UHGV virus genome: UHGV-1351569
Source: a virus
Length of the DNA: 64,000 nucleotides
Direction: 5' to 3' (one strand)
The notes beneath the pieces were generated by a model. That model was not told where the DNA came from and did no database searches. It was given only the letters and a program-made list of their open reading frames with translations. A program made the position numbers and the translations under genes. Within the stretch, counting starts at the first letter, position 1, and every line of letters starts with the position of its first letter. Below, piece after piece: positions 1 through 8,206 of the stretch.

Positions 1-16
1 TCATAATCGGAATGCA

Positions 17-346
17 ATGATGACAGACACGCAACTTTTCGAATATCTTTATTTTTCGCCAAAAACTATTAAAAATAAATTGGTGAATCATTTTGAAATT
101 TTGGCAAATAACAACGTCTTGAGCGAATTTTATCCTAAGCAATACAAATTACAAAAAGGCGTATTCAAAGGATGCAGAGTTTTGTGTACTGCTCCTAATG
201 CAAGATTAATGAATAAAATTCCATATTTTACCATGGAATTTATTGATGGACCTTTTAAAGGACTAATCACACAGAGTTTAATGGCATATGATTCTGAGCC
301 ATTTTTAATTAAAGAACAATCTTGGATAAATTTATTTTCTAATTGA
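17..346 (+). CDS. hypothetical protein (vs-region small ORF)
   Basis: 109-aa ORF from track; dense same-strand gene packing; no recognisable motif. Confidence 0.5.
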   Translation: MMTDTQLFEYLYFSPKTIKNKLVNHFEILANNNVLSEFYPKQYKLQKGVFKGCRVLCTAPNARLMNKIPYFTMEFIDGPFKGLITQSLMAYDSEPFLIKEQSWINLFSN

Positions 347-353
347 GGTTTAT

Positions 354-716
354 ATGAAAGCATATCAAATTCTTGAAGGCACACATAAAGGCACTATTTA
401 TTTTGAAGATGGTATTCAAGCACGAATTATTGTTTCTAAAACCTTTAAAGAGGACTCTTTTGTAGACCCAGAAATTTTCTATGGTTTGCATGCCCGTGAA
501 ATTGAAATTGAGCAACAGCCTACAGTTAAAATTGAAGGTGGTCAACACCTGAACGTTAACGTTCTGCGTCGTGAAACTCTGGAAGATGCAGTTAAGCATC
601 CGGAAAAATATCCACAGCTGACCATCCGTGTATCCGGTTATGCAGTTCGCTTTAACTCTCTGACTCCGGAACAGCAGCGCGACGTTATCGCTCGTACCTT
701 CACTGAGAGTTTGTAA
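354..716 (+). CDS. GrcA/YfiD-like autonomous glycyl radical cofactor (T4 Y06I-like)
   Basis: C-terminal [24 protein letters not shown] matches the glycyl-radical RVSGY motif of PFL/GrcA; RBS gaggtt before ATG. Confidence 0.8.
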   Translation: MKAYQILEGTHKGTIYFEDGIQARIIVSKTFKEDSFVDPEIFYGLHAREIEIEQQPTVKIEGGQHLNVNVLRRETLEDAVKHPEKYPQLTIRVSGYAVRFNSLTPEQQRDVIARTFTESL

Positions 717-937
717 TGGCAAAGATAATTATTGAAGGTTCTAAAGATGTGCTAAATGCTTTCGCCGAGTGGTTTAGTAATTCAGGCGAACAGCAATTTA
801 ATGAAGCATGGAATATGGGTGATATTGATGGAATTTATCCTACGACAGAAATTTCTGTTCAGGGATATGGCATTCATGAACCTATTCGTTTAGTTGAATA
901 TGATTTAGGTACTGGTGAGGAAGTAAAATATGATTGA
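716..937 (+). CDS. hypothetical protein, 73 aa
   Basis: ORF start overlaps the previous stop (translational coupling). Confidence 0.5.
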   Translation: MAKIIIEGSKDVLNAFAEWFSNSGEQQFNEAWNMGDIDGIYPTTEISVQGYGIHEPIRLVEYDLGTGEEVKYD

Positions 938-1196
938 AGATATTAAGGGTTATAAGCCACATACTGAAGAGAAAATCGGTAAAGTGAATGCTATCAAAGA
1001 TGCTGAAGTTCGTTTAGGACTTATCTTTGACGCTTTATATGATGAATTTTGGGAAGCACTAGATAATTGCGAAGACTGTGAACTCGCGAAGAATTATGCC
1101 GAAAGCCTTGATCAGTTAACTATTGCTAAAACGAAACTCAAAGAAGCCAGTATGTGGGCTTGCCGTGCAGTGTTCCAACCAGAGGAAAAATACTAA
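930..1196 (+). CDS. hypothetical protein, 88 aa (vs-cluster)
   Basis: ORF from track, overlapping-stop coupling. Confidence 0.5.
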   Translation: MIEDIKGYKPHTEEKIGKVNAIKDAEVRLGLIFDALYDEFWEALDNCEDCELAKNYAESLDQLTIAKTKLKEASMWACRAVFQPEEKY

Positions 1197-1474
1197 TGGC
1201 TCAATTAAGCGCAGGGTTTGGTTATGAGTATTATACTGCCCCTCGTCGTGTATCTGCTGCTCCTAAGAAAATTCAGAGTCTTGATGACTTCCAGGAAGTA
1301 GTTCGTAACGCTTTCCAGGACTATGCACGTTATCTTAAAGAAGATTCACAGGACTGTCTCGAAGAAGATGAAATTGCTTACTATACGCAGCGTCTTGAAC
1401 AGCTCAAAAATCTACATGAGGTTCGTGCAGAAGTTTCAAAGTCTATGAATAAATTGATTAGATTTAAAGAATAA
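1196..1474 (+). CDS. hypothetical protein, 92 aa (vs-cluster)
   Basis: ATG at 1196 overlaps previous stop (taATG) and follows agaggaaaaa RBS; the track's 1154 GTG start is less likely. Confidence 0.5.
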   Translation: MAQLSAGFGYEYYTAPRRVSAAPKKIQSLDDFQEVVRNAFQDYARYLKEDSQDCLEEDEIAYYTQRLEQLKNLHEVRAEVSKSMNKLIRFKE

Positions 1475-1476
1475 TT

Positions 1477-1506
1477 GTTTACTTTTCCTCTTGACTGTGG
1501 TATAAT
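1477..1506 (+). promoter_or_regulatory. T4-type early (sigma70) promoter upstream of regB
   Basis: GTTTAC at 1477-1482, 18-bp spacer, TGgTATAAT extended -10 at 1501-1506. Confidence 0.6.
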
Positions 1507-1533
1507 TTTTCTATCAGTTAAGAGGAGAACAAC

Positions 1534-1995
1534 ATGACTATCAACACAGAAGTTTTTATCCGTCGAAATAAGCTCCGTCGTCACTTTGAGTTGGAGTTTC
1601 GTCAAATTAACAATGAGATTCGTGAGGCATCAAAAGCAGCAGGGGTCTCATCGTTTCATCTAAAATATTCTCAACATCTTCTTGATCGCGCAATTCAACG
1701 GGAGATTGATGAGACATACGTTTTTGAATTATTCCATAAAATAAAAGACCATGTTTTAGAAGTTAATGAATTCCTGAGTATGCCTCCGCGTCCTGACATT
1801 GACGAGGATTTTATTGATGGGGTTGAATACCGTCCTGGACGTTTAGAAATCACAGATGGAAATCTTTGGCTTGGATTTACAGTTTGTAAACCTAATGCGA
1901 AGTTCAAAGACCCGTCGCTTCAGTGCAGGATGGCAATTATCAACAGTCGTCGTTTACCAGGAAAGGCTTCTAAAGCAGTAATTAAAACTCAATGA
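1534..1995 (+). CDS. regB: RegB sequence-specific endoribonuclease
   Basis: 153 aa; sequence and size match recalled T4 RegB; position between vs genes and tk side. Confidence 0.85.
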   Translation: MTINTEVFIRRNKLRRHFELEFRQINNEIREASKAAGVSSFHLKYSQHLLDRAIQREIDETYVFELFHKIKDHVLEVNEFLSMPPRPDIDEDFIDGVEYRPGRLEITDGNLWLGFTVCKPNAKFKDPSLQCRMAIINSRRLPGKASKAVIKTQ

Positions 1996-2002
1996 GGTAA
2001 GC

Positions 2003-2548
2003 ATGAGAAAAGCACTACTCGCTGGTCTATTGGCCATTTCAATGATGGCACATAGCTCCGAGCATACTTTCAGTAATGTCCAACTCGATAACATGCGTTA
2101 CGCGTATCAATTCGGGGAACAATTTTCTAAGGATGGAAAATATAAAACACACAAAAATATCCACAAGAGCGGATTAGGTCATATAATGGCTGCTATTTTA
2201 TGGCAAGAAAGCTCTGGCGGAGTTAATTTAAAATCTAAACCAAAGCATCACGCTTACGGAATGTTCCAAAATTATTTGCCTACTATGCGAGCAAGAGTTA
2301 AGGAACTTGGTTATAATATGACCGACGCTGAAATAAAAAGAATGTTGAATAAACGATCCAATTCAGCTTCCTGGGCGTACATTGAACTTTCTTATTGGTT
2401 AAATATACATAAGGGCGATATAAGAAAAGCAATATCCTCTTATAATTCGGGATGGAATGTTAAAGCAGGTTCTAAATATGCTTCTGAAGTCCTAGAAAAG
2501 GCTAATTACCTTAAAAATAATAAACTTTTGGAAATAGTAAATGACTAA
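2003..2548 (+). CDS. secreted protein with N-terminal signal peptide (T4 vs.1 position)
   Basis: 181 aa; hydrophobic N-terminus MRKALLAGLLAISMMAHS. Confidence 0.6.
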   Translation: MRKALLAGLLAISMMAHSSEHTFSNVQLDNMRYAYQFGEQFSKDGKYKTHKNIHKSGLGHIMAAILWQESSGGVNLKSKPKHHAYGMFQNYLPTMRARVKELGYNMTDAEIKRMLNKRSNSASWAYIELSYWLNIHKGDIRKAISSYNSGWNVKAGSKYASEVLEKANYLKNNKLLEIVND

Positions 2549-2888
2549 AATTTTGGTTTTATGTATAGGATTAATTTCATTTTCTGCTTCTGCGTCAGCA
2601 GATACATCATATACTGAAATTAGAGAATATGTAAACCGCACTGCGGCAGATTATTGTGGGAAAAATAAAGCATGCCAAGCTGAATTTGCACAGAAATTAA
2701 TATATGCATATAAAGACGGAGAAAGAGATAAATCAAGCAGATACAAAAACGATACATTATTAAAACGATATGCTAAAAAGTGGAATACTTTAGAATGTTC
2801 AGTTGCGGAGGAGAAAGATAAAGCCGCTTGTCATTCAATGGTTGACCGTTTGGTAGATTCTTATAATCGAGGATTGAGTACTAGATGA
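2541..2888 (+). CDS. small exported protein (T4 vs position)
   Basis: 115 aa; N-terminal signal-like segment LVLCIGLISFSASASA; overlapping start/stop. Confidence 0.55.
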   Translation: MTKILVLCIGLISFSASASADTSYTEIREYVNRTAADYCGKNKACQAEFAQKLIYAYKDGERDKSSRYKNDTLLKRYAKKWNTLECSVAEEKDKAACHSMVDRLVDSYNRGLSTR

Positions 2889-3364
2889 TTGTAAAATATA
2901 TCAAGGGCGATATTGTCGCCCTATTTCTTCAAGGTAATATTATTGCGCACGGGTGTAACTGTTTTCATACAATGGGCAGTGGTGTAGCTGGTCAATTAGC
3001 AAGAGCCTATCCCAAAATTTTAGAAATAGATAAGACCACAACTGAATATGGTTCGCGTGAAAAACTCGGTGATATGTCTATTGTTTTTAAACATAAACCT
3101 AATGGTTTTGGCATATGTTATAACTTGTATACGCAATACGAACCAGGTCCTAATCTTGATTATGGTGCTTTAGTAAACTGCATGATAGAATTAAATCTAC
3201 AGGCAGAAACCCTTTTGTTTAAACCAGTAATTTACATTCCACGCATAGGTTGTGGTATTGCTGGCGGTGATTGGGATAAGGTTTCTAAATTAATCGACAT
3301 GTTTACTCCTGATATTGATTTAATAGTGGTGGATTATGAAAGTACATTACCCACATCCGTTTGA
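2885..3364 (+). CDS. macro-domain-like protein (putative ADP-ribose binding/processing)
   Basis: N-terminal GDIVALF...GNIIAHGCNCF...MGSGVAGQLARAYP resembles the macro-domain GDIT...NAAN...GGGV signature. Confidence 0.55.
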   Translation: MIVKYIKGDIVALFLQGNIIAHGCNCFHTMGSGVAGQLARAYPKILEIDKTTTEYGSREKLGDMSIVFKHKPNGFGICYNLYTQYEPGPNLDYGALVNCMIELNLQAETLLFKPVIYIPRIGCGIAGGDWDKVSKLIDMFTPDIDLIVVDYESTLPTSV

Positions 3365-3548
3365 TCCTAAAAACAAAGCAGAAATTATTCGTCAATGGGA
3401 ACGCATTTGCCGTACTAAATGCCCAATTAATAGTTCACATGATGTAAATAAAGACTATATTGGAACATTCGTTGAATATACCTTTATTGATAAGAAAGGT
3501 CGTAAACAGCACGTAGAAGAATATTGCTTAAAGGTTACATGGTTATGA
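3336..3548 (+). CDS. hypothetical protein, 70 aa
   Basis: ORF from track. Confidence 0.45.
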   Translation: MKVHYPHPFDPKNKAEIIRQWERICRTKCPINSSHDVNKDYIGTFVEYTFIDKKGRKQHVEEYCLKVTWL

Positions 3549-3751
3549 GCCAAACTAGTATTCTTAAAAATGCCCATTGTGAAAAGTGTAAATGGCCTGT
3601 TGTTTTTGCTTTATGTAATGATGAAATGGCTTGTGATTTCGATTATTGGTGCTATTGTTCGAACAAAGGATGTAGCAATCATAAAGGTGAAGGGTTTTAC
3701 TCGGGATTTTACCCTTATCCTGATTTCGTTAAAGAAGGTGAACCAAAATGA
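3545..3751 (+). CDS. Cys-rich small protein (putative metal-binding)
   Basis: ATG at 3545 overlaps previous stop (ATGA); HCEKCKW...CNDEMACDFDYWCYCSNKGCSNH. Confidence 0.5.
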   Translation: MSQTSILKNAHCEKCKWPVVFALCNDEMACDFDYWCYCSNKGCSNHKGEGFYSGFYPYPDFVKEGEPK

Positions 3752-3924
3752 ATGATGATTTAAAATATCAATTATTACGTGAACTTGATGTTTTGATTGA
3801 ACTTTCTGCACAAAAAGGATTTATAATTGGATCGGGTCAAAAAGACCCCAACGGTCATTCAATCGTATCGGTTATGAATCAGAAACGAGTCATTTTAAAA
3901 CTTTTGGGGATTGACATACTGTGA
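3748..3924 (+). CDS. hypothetical small protein, 58 aa (below track size cutoff)
   Basis: Hand-translated; ATG overlaps upstream stop (aATGA); stop overlaps next start. Confidence 0.4.
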   Translation: MNDDLKYQLLRELDVLIELSAQKGFIIGSGQKDPNGHSIVSVMNQKRVILKLLGIDIL

Positions 3925-4106
3925 GCCTAAGCAAAGAACAAAAAGATAAATTGTTTGAGCTTATCCATGAACTTCTAGATGAGCATACAGAAGCAAACAC
4001 CTTTTATGATGAATACGGCCCGCTATCTCCCGAACAGCAGGAAGAATTTGCTGATCGGTTTGATAAGAAAGAAAATGAATTAATAGCTTATGTGAATACG
4101 CTTTAA
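3921..4106 (+). CDS. hypothetical protein, 61 aa
   Basis: ORF from track (GTG start), acidic helical. Confidence 0.45.
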   Translation: MSLSKEQKDKLFELIHELLDEHTEANTFYDEYGPLSPEQQEEFADRFDKKENELIAYVNTL

Positions 4107-4115
4107 GAAGGTGAT

Positions 4116-4697
4116 ATGGCGAGTTTAATTTTTACTTATGCAGCAATGAATGCTGGAAAATCTGCTTCTCTTTTGACTGCTGCGCATAATTATAAAGAAC
4201 GCGGAATGGGTGTATTAGTTCTTAAGCCTGCTATTGATACTCGCGATTCTGTCTGTGAAGTCGTTTCTCGCATCGGAATTAAACAGGAAGCGAATATTAT
4301 TACGGATGATATGGATATTTTCGAGTTCTATAAATGGGCTGAAGCACAAAAAGATATTCATTGTGTATTTGTAGATGAAGCTCAGTTTTTAAAAACTGAA
4401 CAGGTGCATCAATTAAGCCGAATTGTTGATACATATAATGTTCCTGTTATGGCTTATGGACTAAGGACTGATTTCGCTGGAAAATTATTTGAAGGTTCTA
4501 AAGAACTTTTGGCGATTGCAGATAAACTTATTGAACTAAAGGCAGTTTGTCATTGTGGTAAAAAAGCTATTATGACAGCTCGATTAATGGAAGATGGAAC
4601 ACCAGTTAAAGAAGGCAATCAAATCTGTATTGGTGATGAAATTTATGTTTCTTTGTGTAGAAAACATTGGAATGAATTAACTAAAAAGCTCGGTTAG
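4116..4697 (+). CDS. tk: thymidine kinase
   Basis: 193 aa; P-loop AAMNAGKS; C-terminal CHCGKKA...CxxH zinc motif typical of type II TK; matches recalled T4 Tk. Confidence 0.95.
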   Translation: MASLIFTYAAMNAGKSASLLTAAHNYKERGMGVLVLKPAIDTRDSVCEVVSRIGIKQEANIITDDMDIFEFYKWAEAQKDIHCVFVDEAQFLKTEQVHQLSRIVDTYNVPVMAYGLRTDFAGKLFEGSKELLAIADKLIELKAVCHCGKKAIMTARLMEDGTPVKEGNQICIGDEIYVSLCRKHWNELTKKLG

Positions 4698-4706
4698 TGC
4701 AAAAGT

Positions 4707-4714
4707 TATAAATA
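4707..4714 (+). promoter_or_regulatory. possible T4 late promoter core (TATAAATA)
   Basis: Exact TATAAATA about 25 nt upstream of the 4740 ORF. Confidence 0.4.
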
Positions 4715-4739
4715 GGTTTATCTAACTAAAGGGGTATAT

Positions 4740-4952
4740 ATGCTACAATTAACTGAAAAGCAACTTCGCAATCTTACTGTTCTTCAATTAGATGAAATTC
4801 GTAGGGAAGTTGGAAATATCATTTCAGCTTTGCGTCGAGAAGTATCGCTCAACCAATCTCCGGCAGACTATACTAGATTGCGAAATTTTGAAAAATACCT
4901 TGATAAAGTTAAGGCCGTGCATCGGCATAAAGTAAATACAGGACAAAAATGA
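4740..4952 (+). CDS. hypothetical protein, 70 aa
   Basis: ORF with ggggtatat RBS. Confidence 0.5.
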
Positions 4953-4964
4953 TAGGAGGCCTTT

Positions 4965-5258
4965 ATGGCCTTAAAAGCAACGGCACTTTTTGCCATGCTA
5001 GGATTGTCATTTGTTTTATCTCCATCAATTGAAGCGAATGTCGATCCTCATTTTGATAAATTTATGGAATCTGGTATTAGGCACGTTTATACACTTTTTG
5101 AAAATAAAAGCGTAGAATCGTCTGAACAATTCTATAGTTTTATGAGAACGACCTATAAAAATGACCCGTGCTCTTCAGATTTTGAATGTATAGAGCGAGG
5201 CGCGGAGATGGCACAATCATACGCTAGAATTATGAACATTAAATTGGAGACTGAATGA
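4965..5258 (+). CDS. rI: RI lysis-inhibition regulator (antiholin)
   Basis: 97 aa; N-terminal signal/SAR-like segment; near-identical to recalled T4 RI. Confidence 0.85.
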   Translation: MALKATALFAMLGLSFVLSPSIEANVDPHFDKFMESGIRHVYTLFENKSVESSEQFYSFMRTTYKNDPCSSDFECIERGAEMAQSYARIMNIKLETE

Positions 5259-5641
5259 AATTCAGCGACTTTTCACAAAGTGGAAAACCTTCAAAGGCAG
5301 ATGAATACTTAGGTTTATTAATGGCTGCACAAGCTTATTTTCATTCTGCGCATTTTGAAACTAAAAGTTATGCTAGACACAAAGCATACGATTTTATTTT
5401 CTCTGAGTTACCAGATTTGATTGATAAATTTGGTGAGCAATATTTGGGGTATTCTGGTAGAAAATACACACCTTCAATTCCAGATGCCAGTAAACTTCCT
5501 ACCGACACAATTAAAATGATTGATCGCATACTAGACCAATCTAACAGCATTTACAAAGAAATGCCTCCAGCCATTCAAAGCACGATAGATGATATTACTG
5601 GAATGTTTTACCAGAGTAAATATCTTCTTTCCCTCGAATAA
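5255..5641 (+). CDS. hypothetical protein, 128 aa
   Basis: ATGA overlap with rI stop. Confidence 0.6.
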   Translation: MKFSDFSQSGKPSKADEYLGLLMAAQAYFHSAHFETKSYARHKAYDFIFSELPDLIDKFGEQYLGYSGRKYTPSIPDASKLPTDTIKMIDRILDQSNSIYKEMPPAIQSTIDDITGMFYQSKYLLSLE

Positions 5642-5644
5642 CAT

Positions 5645-5668
5645 TAGTCTCCTTCGGGAGACTTTTTT
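5645..5668 (+). terminator. rho-independent terminator (UUCG tetraloop hairpin + U tract)
   Basis: gtctcc-ttcg-ggagac then tttttt. Confidence 0.6.
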
Positions 5669-5677
5669 CATTTTACC

Positions 5678-5707
5678 GGTTTACTTTCCATTTGAGCTGT
5701 GATACTA
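5678..5707 (+). promoter_or_regulatory. T4-type early promoter
   Basis: GTTTAC, ~17-bp spacer, TAnnnT -10; directly follows the terminator. Confidence 0.5.
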
Positions 5708-5736
5708 TACAACCATCAGATAAAGAGGAGAACATC

Positions 5737-5925
5737 ATGAAAATTGAAGCACTTAATCAAGAAGGAAATATCTACGTCATCATTAATGGTGATTTTTTCG
5801 TCAACATGGATGAAGTTACCAGTGAAGAACTTGAAAAACTTCTTAAGAAACGCTATGATATGTGTGATGAAGCTGCAACTCATATGGCGTGTGCAATATT
5901 CTCTCTTTCATATGTGGTGGAATAA
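5737..5925 (+). CDS. hypothetical protein, 62 aa
   Basis: ATG at 5737 preceded by aagaggagaa RBS (track start 5692 lacks RBS). Confidence 0.5.
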   Translation: MKIEALNQEGNIYVIINGDFFVNMDEVTSEELEKLLKKRYDMCDEAATHMACAIFSLSYVVE

Positions 5926-6128
5926 TGATTAGTATTGAACAAGCAGATAAAATTAAAGAATTGGTAGCTTTAATTCGCAAAGCAGACGAGGAACTTAGTG
6001 ACTTTGCTTGGTTTTCGGCAGGCATTGCAAATAAAGGCGCTGAAGAACTTGAAGCTAAAGTTGATAATGCTGTAGAAGCTTTAGATATGTTTCTTGATGA
6101 AATTATCGATCATAATACGAGAGTTTAA
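5925..6128 (+). CDS. hypothetical protein, 67 aa
   Basis: taATG overlap with upstream stop. Confidence 0.5.
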   Translation: MISIEQADKIKELVALIRKADEELSDFAWFSAGIANKGAEELEAKVDNAVEALDMFLDEIIDHNTRV

Positions 6129-6130
6129 GT

Positions 6131-6325
6131 ATGCTAACACGTGAACAGTTTGAAAAAATCATTAAATTAGCACGTGATATTGAAATAGATTCATACCAAT
6201 TGGCAGTTGAGCATTGTGAAGGATATTCATACGATGGTATAGAAGCAGCTAAAAAGGATTTGGATAAATCCAAAGCTAAGTTAGTTCAATATCTTGAAAT
6301 GATTAGGTGGAATAATGAAAACTGA
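6131..6325 (+). CDS. hypothetical protein, 64 aa
   Basis: ORF from track. Confidence 0.5.
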   Translation: MLTREQFEKIIKLARDIEIDSYQLAVEHCEGYSYDGIEAAKKDLDKSKAKLVQYLEMIRWNNEN

Positions 6326-6488
6326 AAAGCAGATGTTTTTAATGAAGCTAATTGAAGAATATGCTAATGCAGTTTCTGACTATGAGTATTCTTCTAGGGA
6401 AAGAGGTACAGCTTTCGCAAAGGAAGAAATGAAAATCATGGTTGATGCTCACACAAAGCTTCAGAATTTTATTGAAAACGTCATTTAA
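6315..6488 (+). CDS. hypothetical small protein, 57 aa (below track cutoff)
   Basis: Hand-translated; overlaps end of previous ORF. Confidence 0.35.
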   Translation: MKTEKQMFLMKLIEEYANAVSDYEYSSRERGTAFAKEEMKIMVDAHTKLQNFIENVI

Positions 6489-6490
6489 TG

Positions 6491-6520
6491 GTTTACAAGT
6501 TGGCAAGGTTATGGTATAGT
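6491..6520 (+). promoter_or_regulatory. T4-type early promoter
   Basis: GTTTAC 6491-6496, 18-bp spacer, TATAGT. Confidence 0.5.
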
Positions 6521-6655
6521 AATCTTGTCAACTGCCAAGGAGAAGAGAATGAAAGTTTTGTTTGTTGTGTATGTGATGATTCAATATTATCACCCGATGT
6601 TTACTTATAATCTGGTGAACAACATTATTGATATTATTCAAAGGAGTATGTAATT

Positions 6656-7033
6656 GTGAGTGAGTCGAAGAGAATCAATATGAAACGATTGGTATTAGAA
6701 GTTAGTCCACTTTTTGGTGAATTGGCTATAGAAAAAGTAAATAACATGTATCGTTTGACGCAAGAAGACGATATGCTGTATTTTACGCCTAGTGAAATCA
6801 TTCATTTAACCCAAATTGAATATCCTTATACTGATAAAATAGTAAGCATCAATGATGAGCACAAAATTCATTTTTATTCTTCATGCCCAGGATTTAATAT
6901 TAAAAGTGAGTCAATGTGTTTATCAGTTATCCATTGGGATAGTTTTATAGATAAGATTAAATATTTTTATTATTCTAATGAAAGAAAACATAGTTTAAAA
7001 TGGTTTAAAAAATTGCAATGCTATTATTACTAA
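6656..7033 (+). CDS. hypothetical protein, 125 aa (GTG start)
   Basis: aaggag RBS 9 nt upstream of GTG; see finding on downstream start-less open frame. Confidence 0.5.
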   Translation: MSESKRINMKRLVLEVSPLFGELAIEKVNNMYRLTQEDDMLYFTPSEIIHLTQIEYPYTDKIVSINDEHKIHFYSSCPGFNIKSESMCLSVIHWDSFIDKIKYFYYSNERKHSLKWFKKLQCYYY

Positions 7034-7220
7034 CGCTTGCAATCAGAACGATGAAACTCTTTTAAATGTATCAAAATGTTATGAAGATGGAGATGTCTTA
7101 ACTATTCGTCAAATTGATGATTTTCGATCGCATATTGTCACATTTACCAAAGACGAAGCTATTGCGCTAAAGACTTATCTTGATTCTGTCATTCCAACTA
7201 TGATTTCAAAGTGAGGAAAT

Positions 7221-7742
7221 ATGTTTATTTCAAGTGAAAGCGGTTTAATTCGTGTTGAATTTAAAAATGACATCTTTCTTATTCAAGGAGATGATATTAT
7301 TAAAATGAGTTATGACGAAATCAAGAAAATTTGTAATGCTCTTGAAAATCATGGAAAGGTGAATGCTGTCATTGATATTGGCGATTTATGGGTGACACTT
7401 TATGAAGTATCCGAAGGATTTAACATTGAAGATGAAAACAACATCTTAGCTATTGATAAAAGAAGCGATTTGTTTGATGTGTTAAAAGTTTATGAACAGT
7501 CAAACGGTGGAAGAAAAGCTGCATTGATTTATCAAAAACCACATTCATGCGGAACTGCTTCAATCATTTCCAATATTGAAGGCGAAGTTGATACTTATAT
7601 GTGTGTTTTAAAAGCTGGTGGTGACCGTCATCCGGATTTTATTTCTATTCGTCAAAACAATGGAGAAATTTCATTATCAAAATCAGAAGCTGAAGCTATG
7701 ATTAAGTATTTAACAACCGTTACGCCTTCAATGAAAGGATAA
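7221..7742 (+). CDS. hypothetical protein, 173 aa
   Basis: gaggaaat RBS. Confidence 0.6.
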   Translation: MFISSESGLIRVEFKNDIFLIQGDDIIKMSYDEIKKICNALENHGKVNAVIDIGDLWVTLYEVSEGFNIEDENNILAIDKRSDLFDVLKVYEQSNGGRKAALIYQKPHSCGTASIISNIEGEVDTYMCVLKAGGDRHPDFISIRQNNGEISLSKSEAEAMIKYLTTVTPSMKG

Positions 7743-7744
7743 TT

Positions 7745-8206
7745 ATGATTATTAATGAAAACTCTTGGCACTATAAATTATTCAAATTGTTTAACGATGA
7801 ATGGCAACGACCTAAGACACTATGCGCATATTTTTGGTCTATTGCCATTCCTACATTTTTCGTTTCTATTTTTGGATGTGCTATACTCGTAGGGCTAACA
7901 ATTATTTGTGCAGAAAGCCTACAACGTTGGCTTATTTTTGGTAGTTTATGGACTTTGCTTCCATCAGCATTTATACTTGCGATTTTGGTTGTTTTACTTA
8001 TTATCGGTTCATTTGTTATTCCTGCACATTTGCGTGAAAAATATAAAGATTATAAATGGAAAAAGGATTATGCTTTACACGTAGAAAATATTGATAGGGC
8101 GTATAAAGGTTTACCTCCTATTCAACCCAAGAAATCGATTATCGTTGAATTTTTAAAAGCTCGTAAAGCTAAAGTATGTCCTGTTATTGAATATAAGGCT
8201 GAATGA
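7745..8206 (+). CDS. hypothetical membrane protein, 153 aa
   Basis: Two long hydrophobic segments. Confidence 0.6.
   Translation: MIINENSWHYKLFKLFNDEWQRPKTLCAYFWSIAIPTFFVSIFGCAILVGLTIICAESLQRWLIFGSLWTLLPSAFILAILVVLLIIGSFVIPAHLREKYKDYKWKKDYALHVENIDRAYKGLPPIQPKKSIIVEFLKARKAKVCPVIEYKAE

Noticed and set aside
339-722. 127-aa minus-strand ORF opposite the GrcA-like gene
   Set aside because: Fully overlaps a + strand gene that carries a clear glycyl-radical motif; no RBS
6549-6653. 34-codon micro-ORF downstream of the early promoter at 6491
   Set aside because: Has an aaggagaagaga RBS but is very short and hydrophobic, and overlaps the RBS of the next gene; could be a leader peptide but evidence is insufficient
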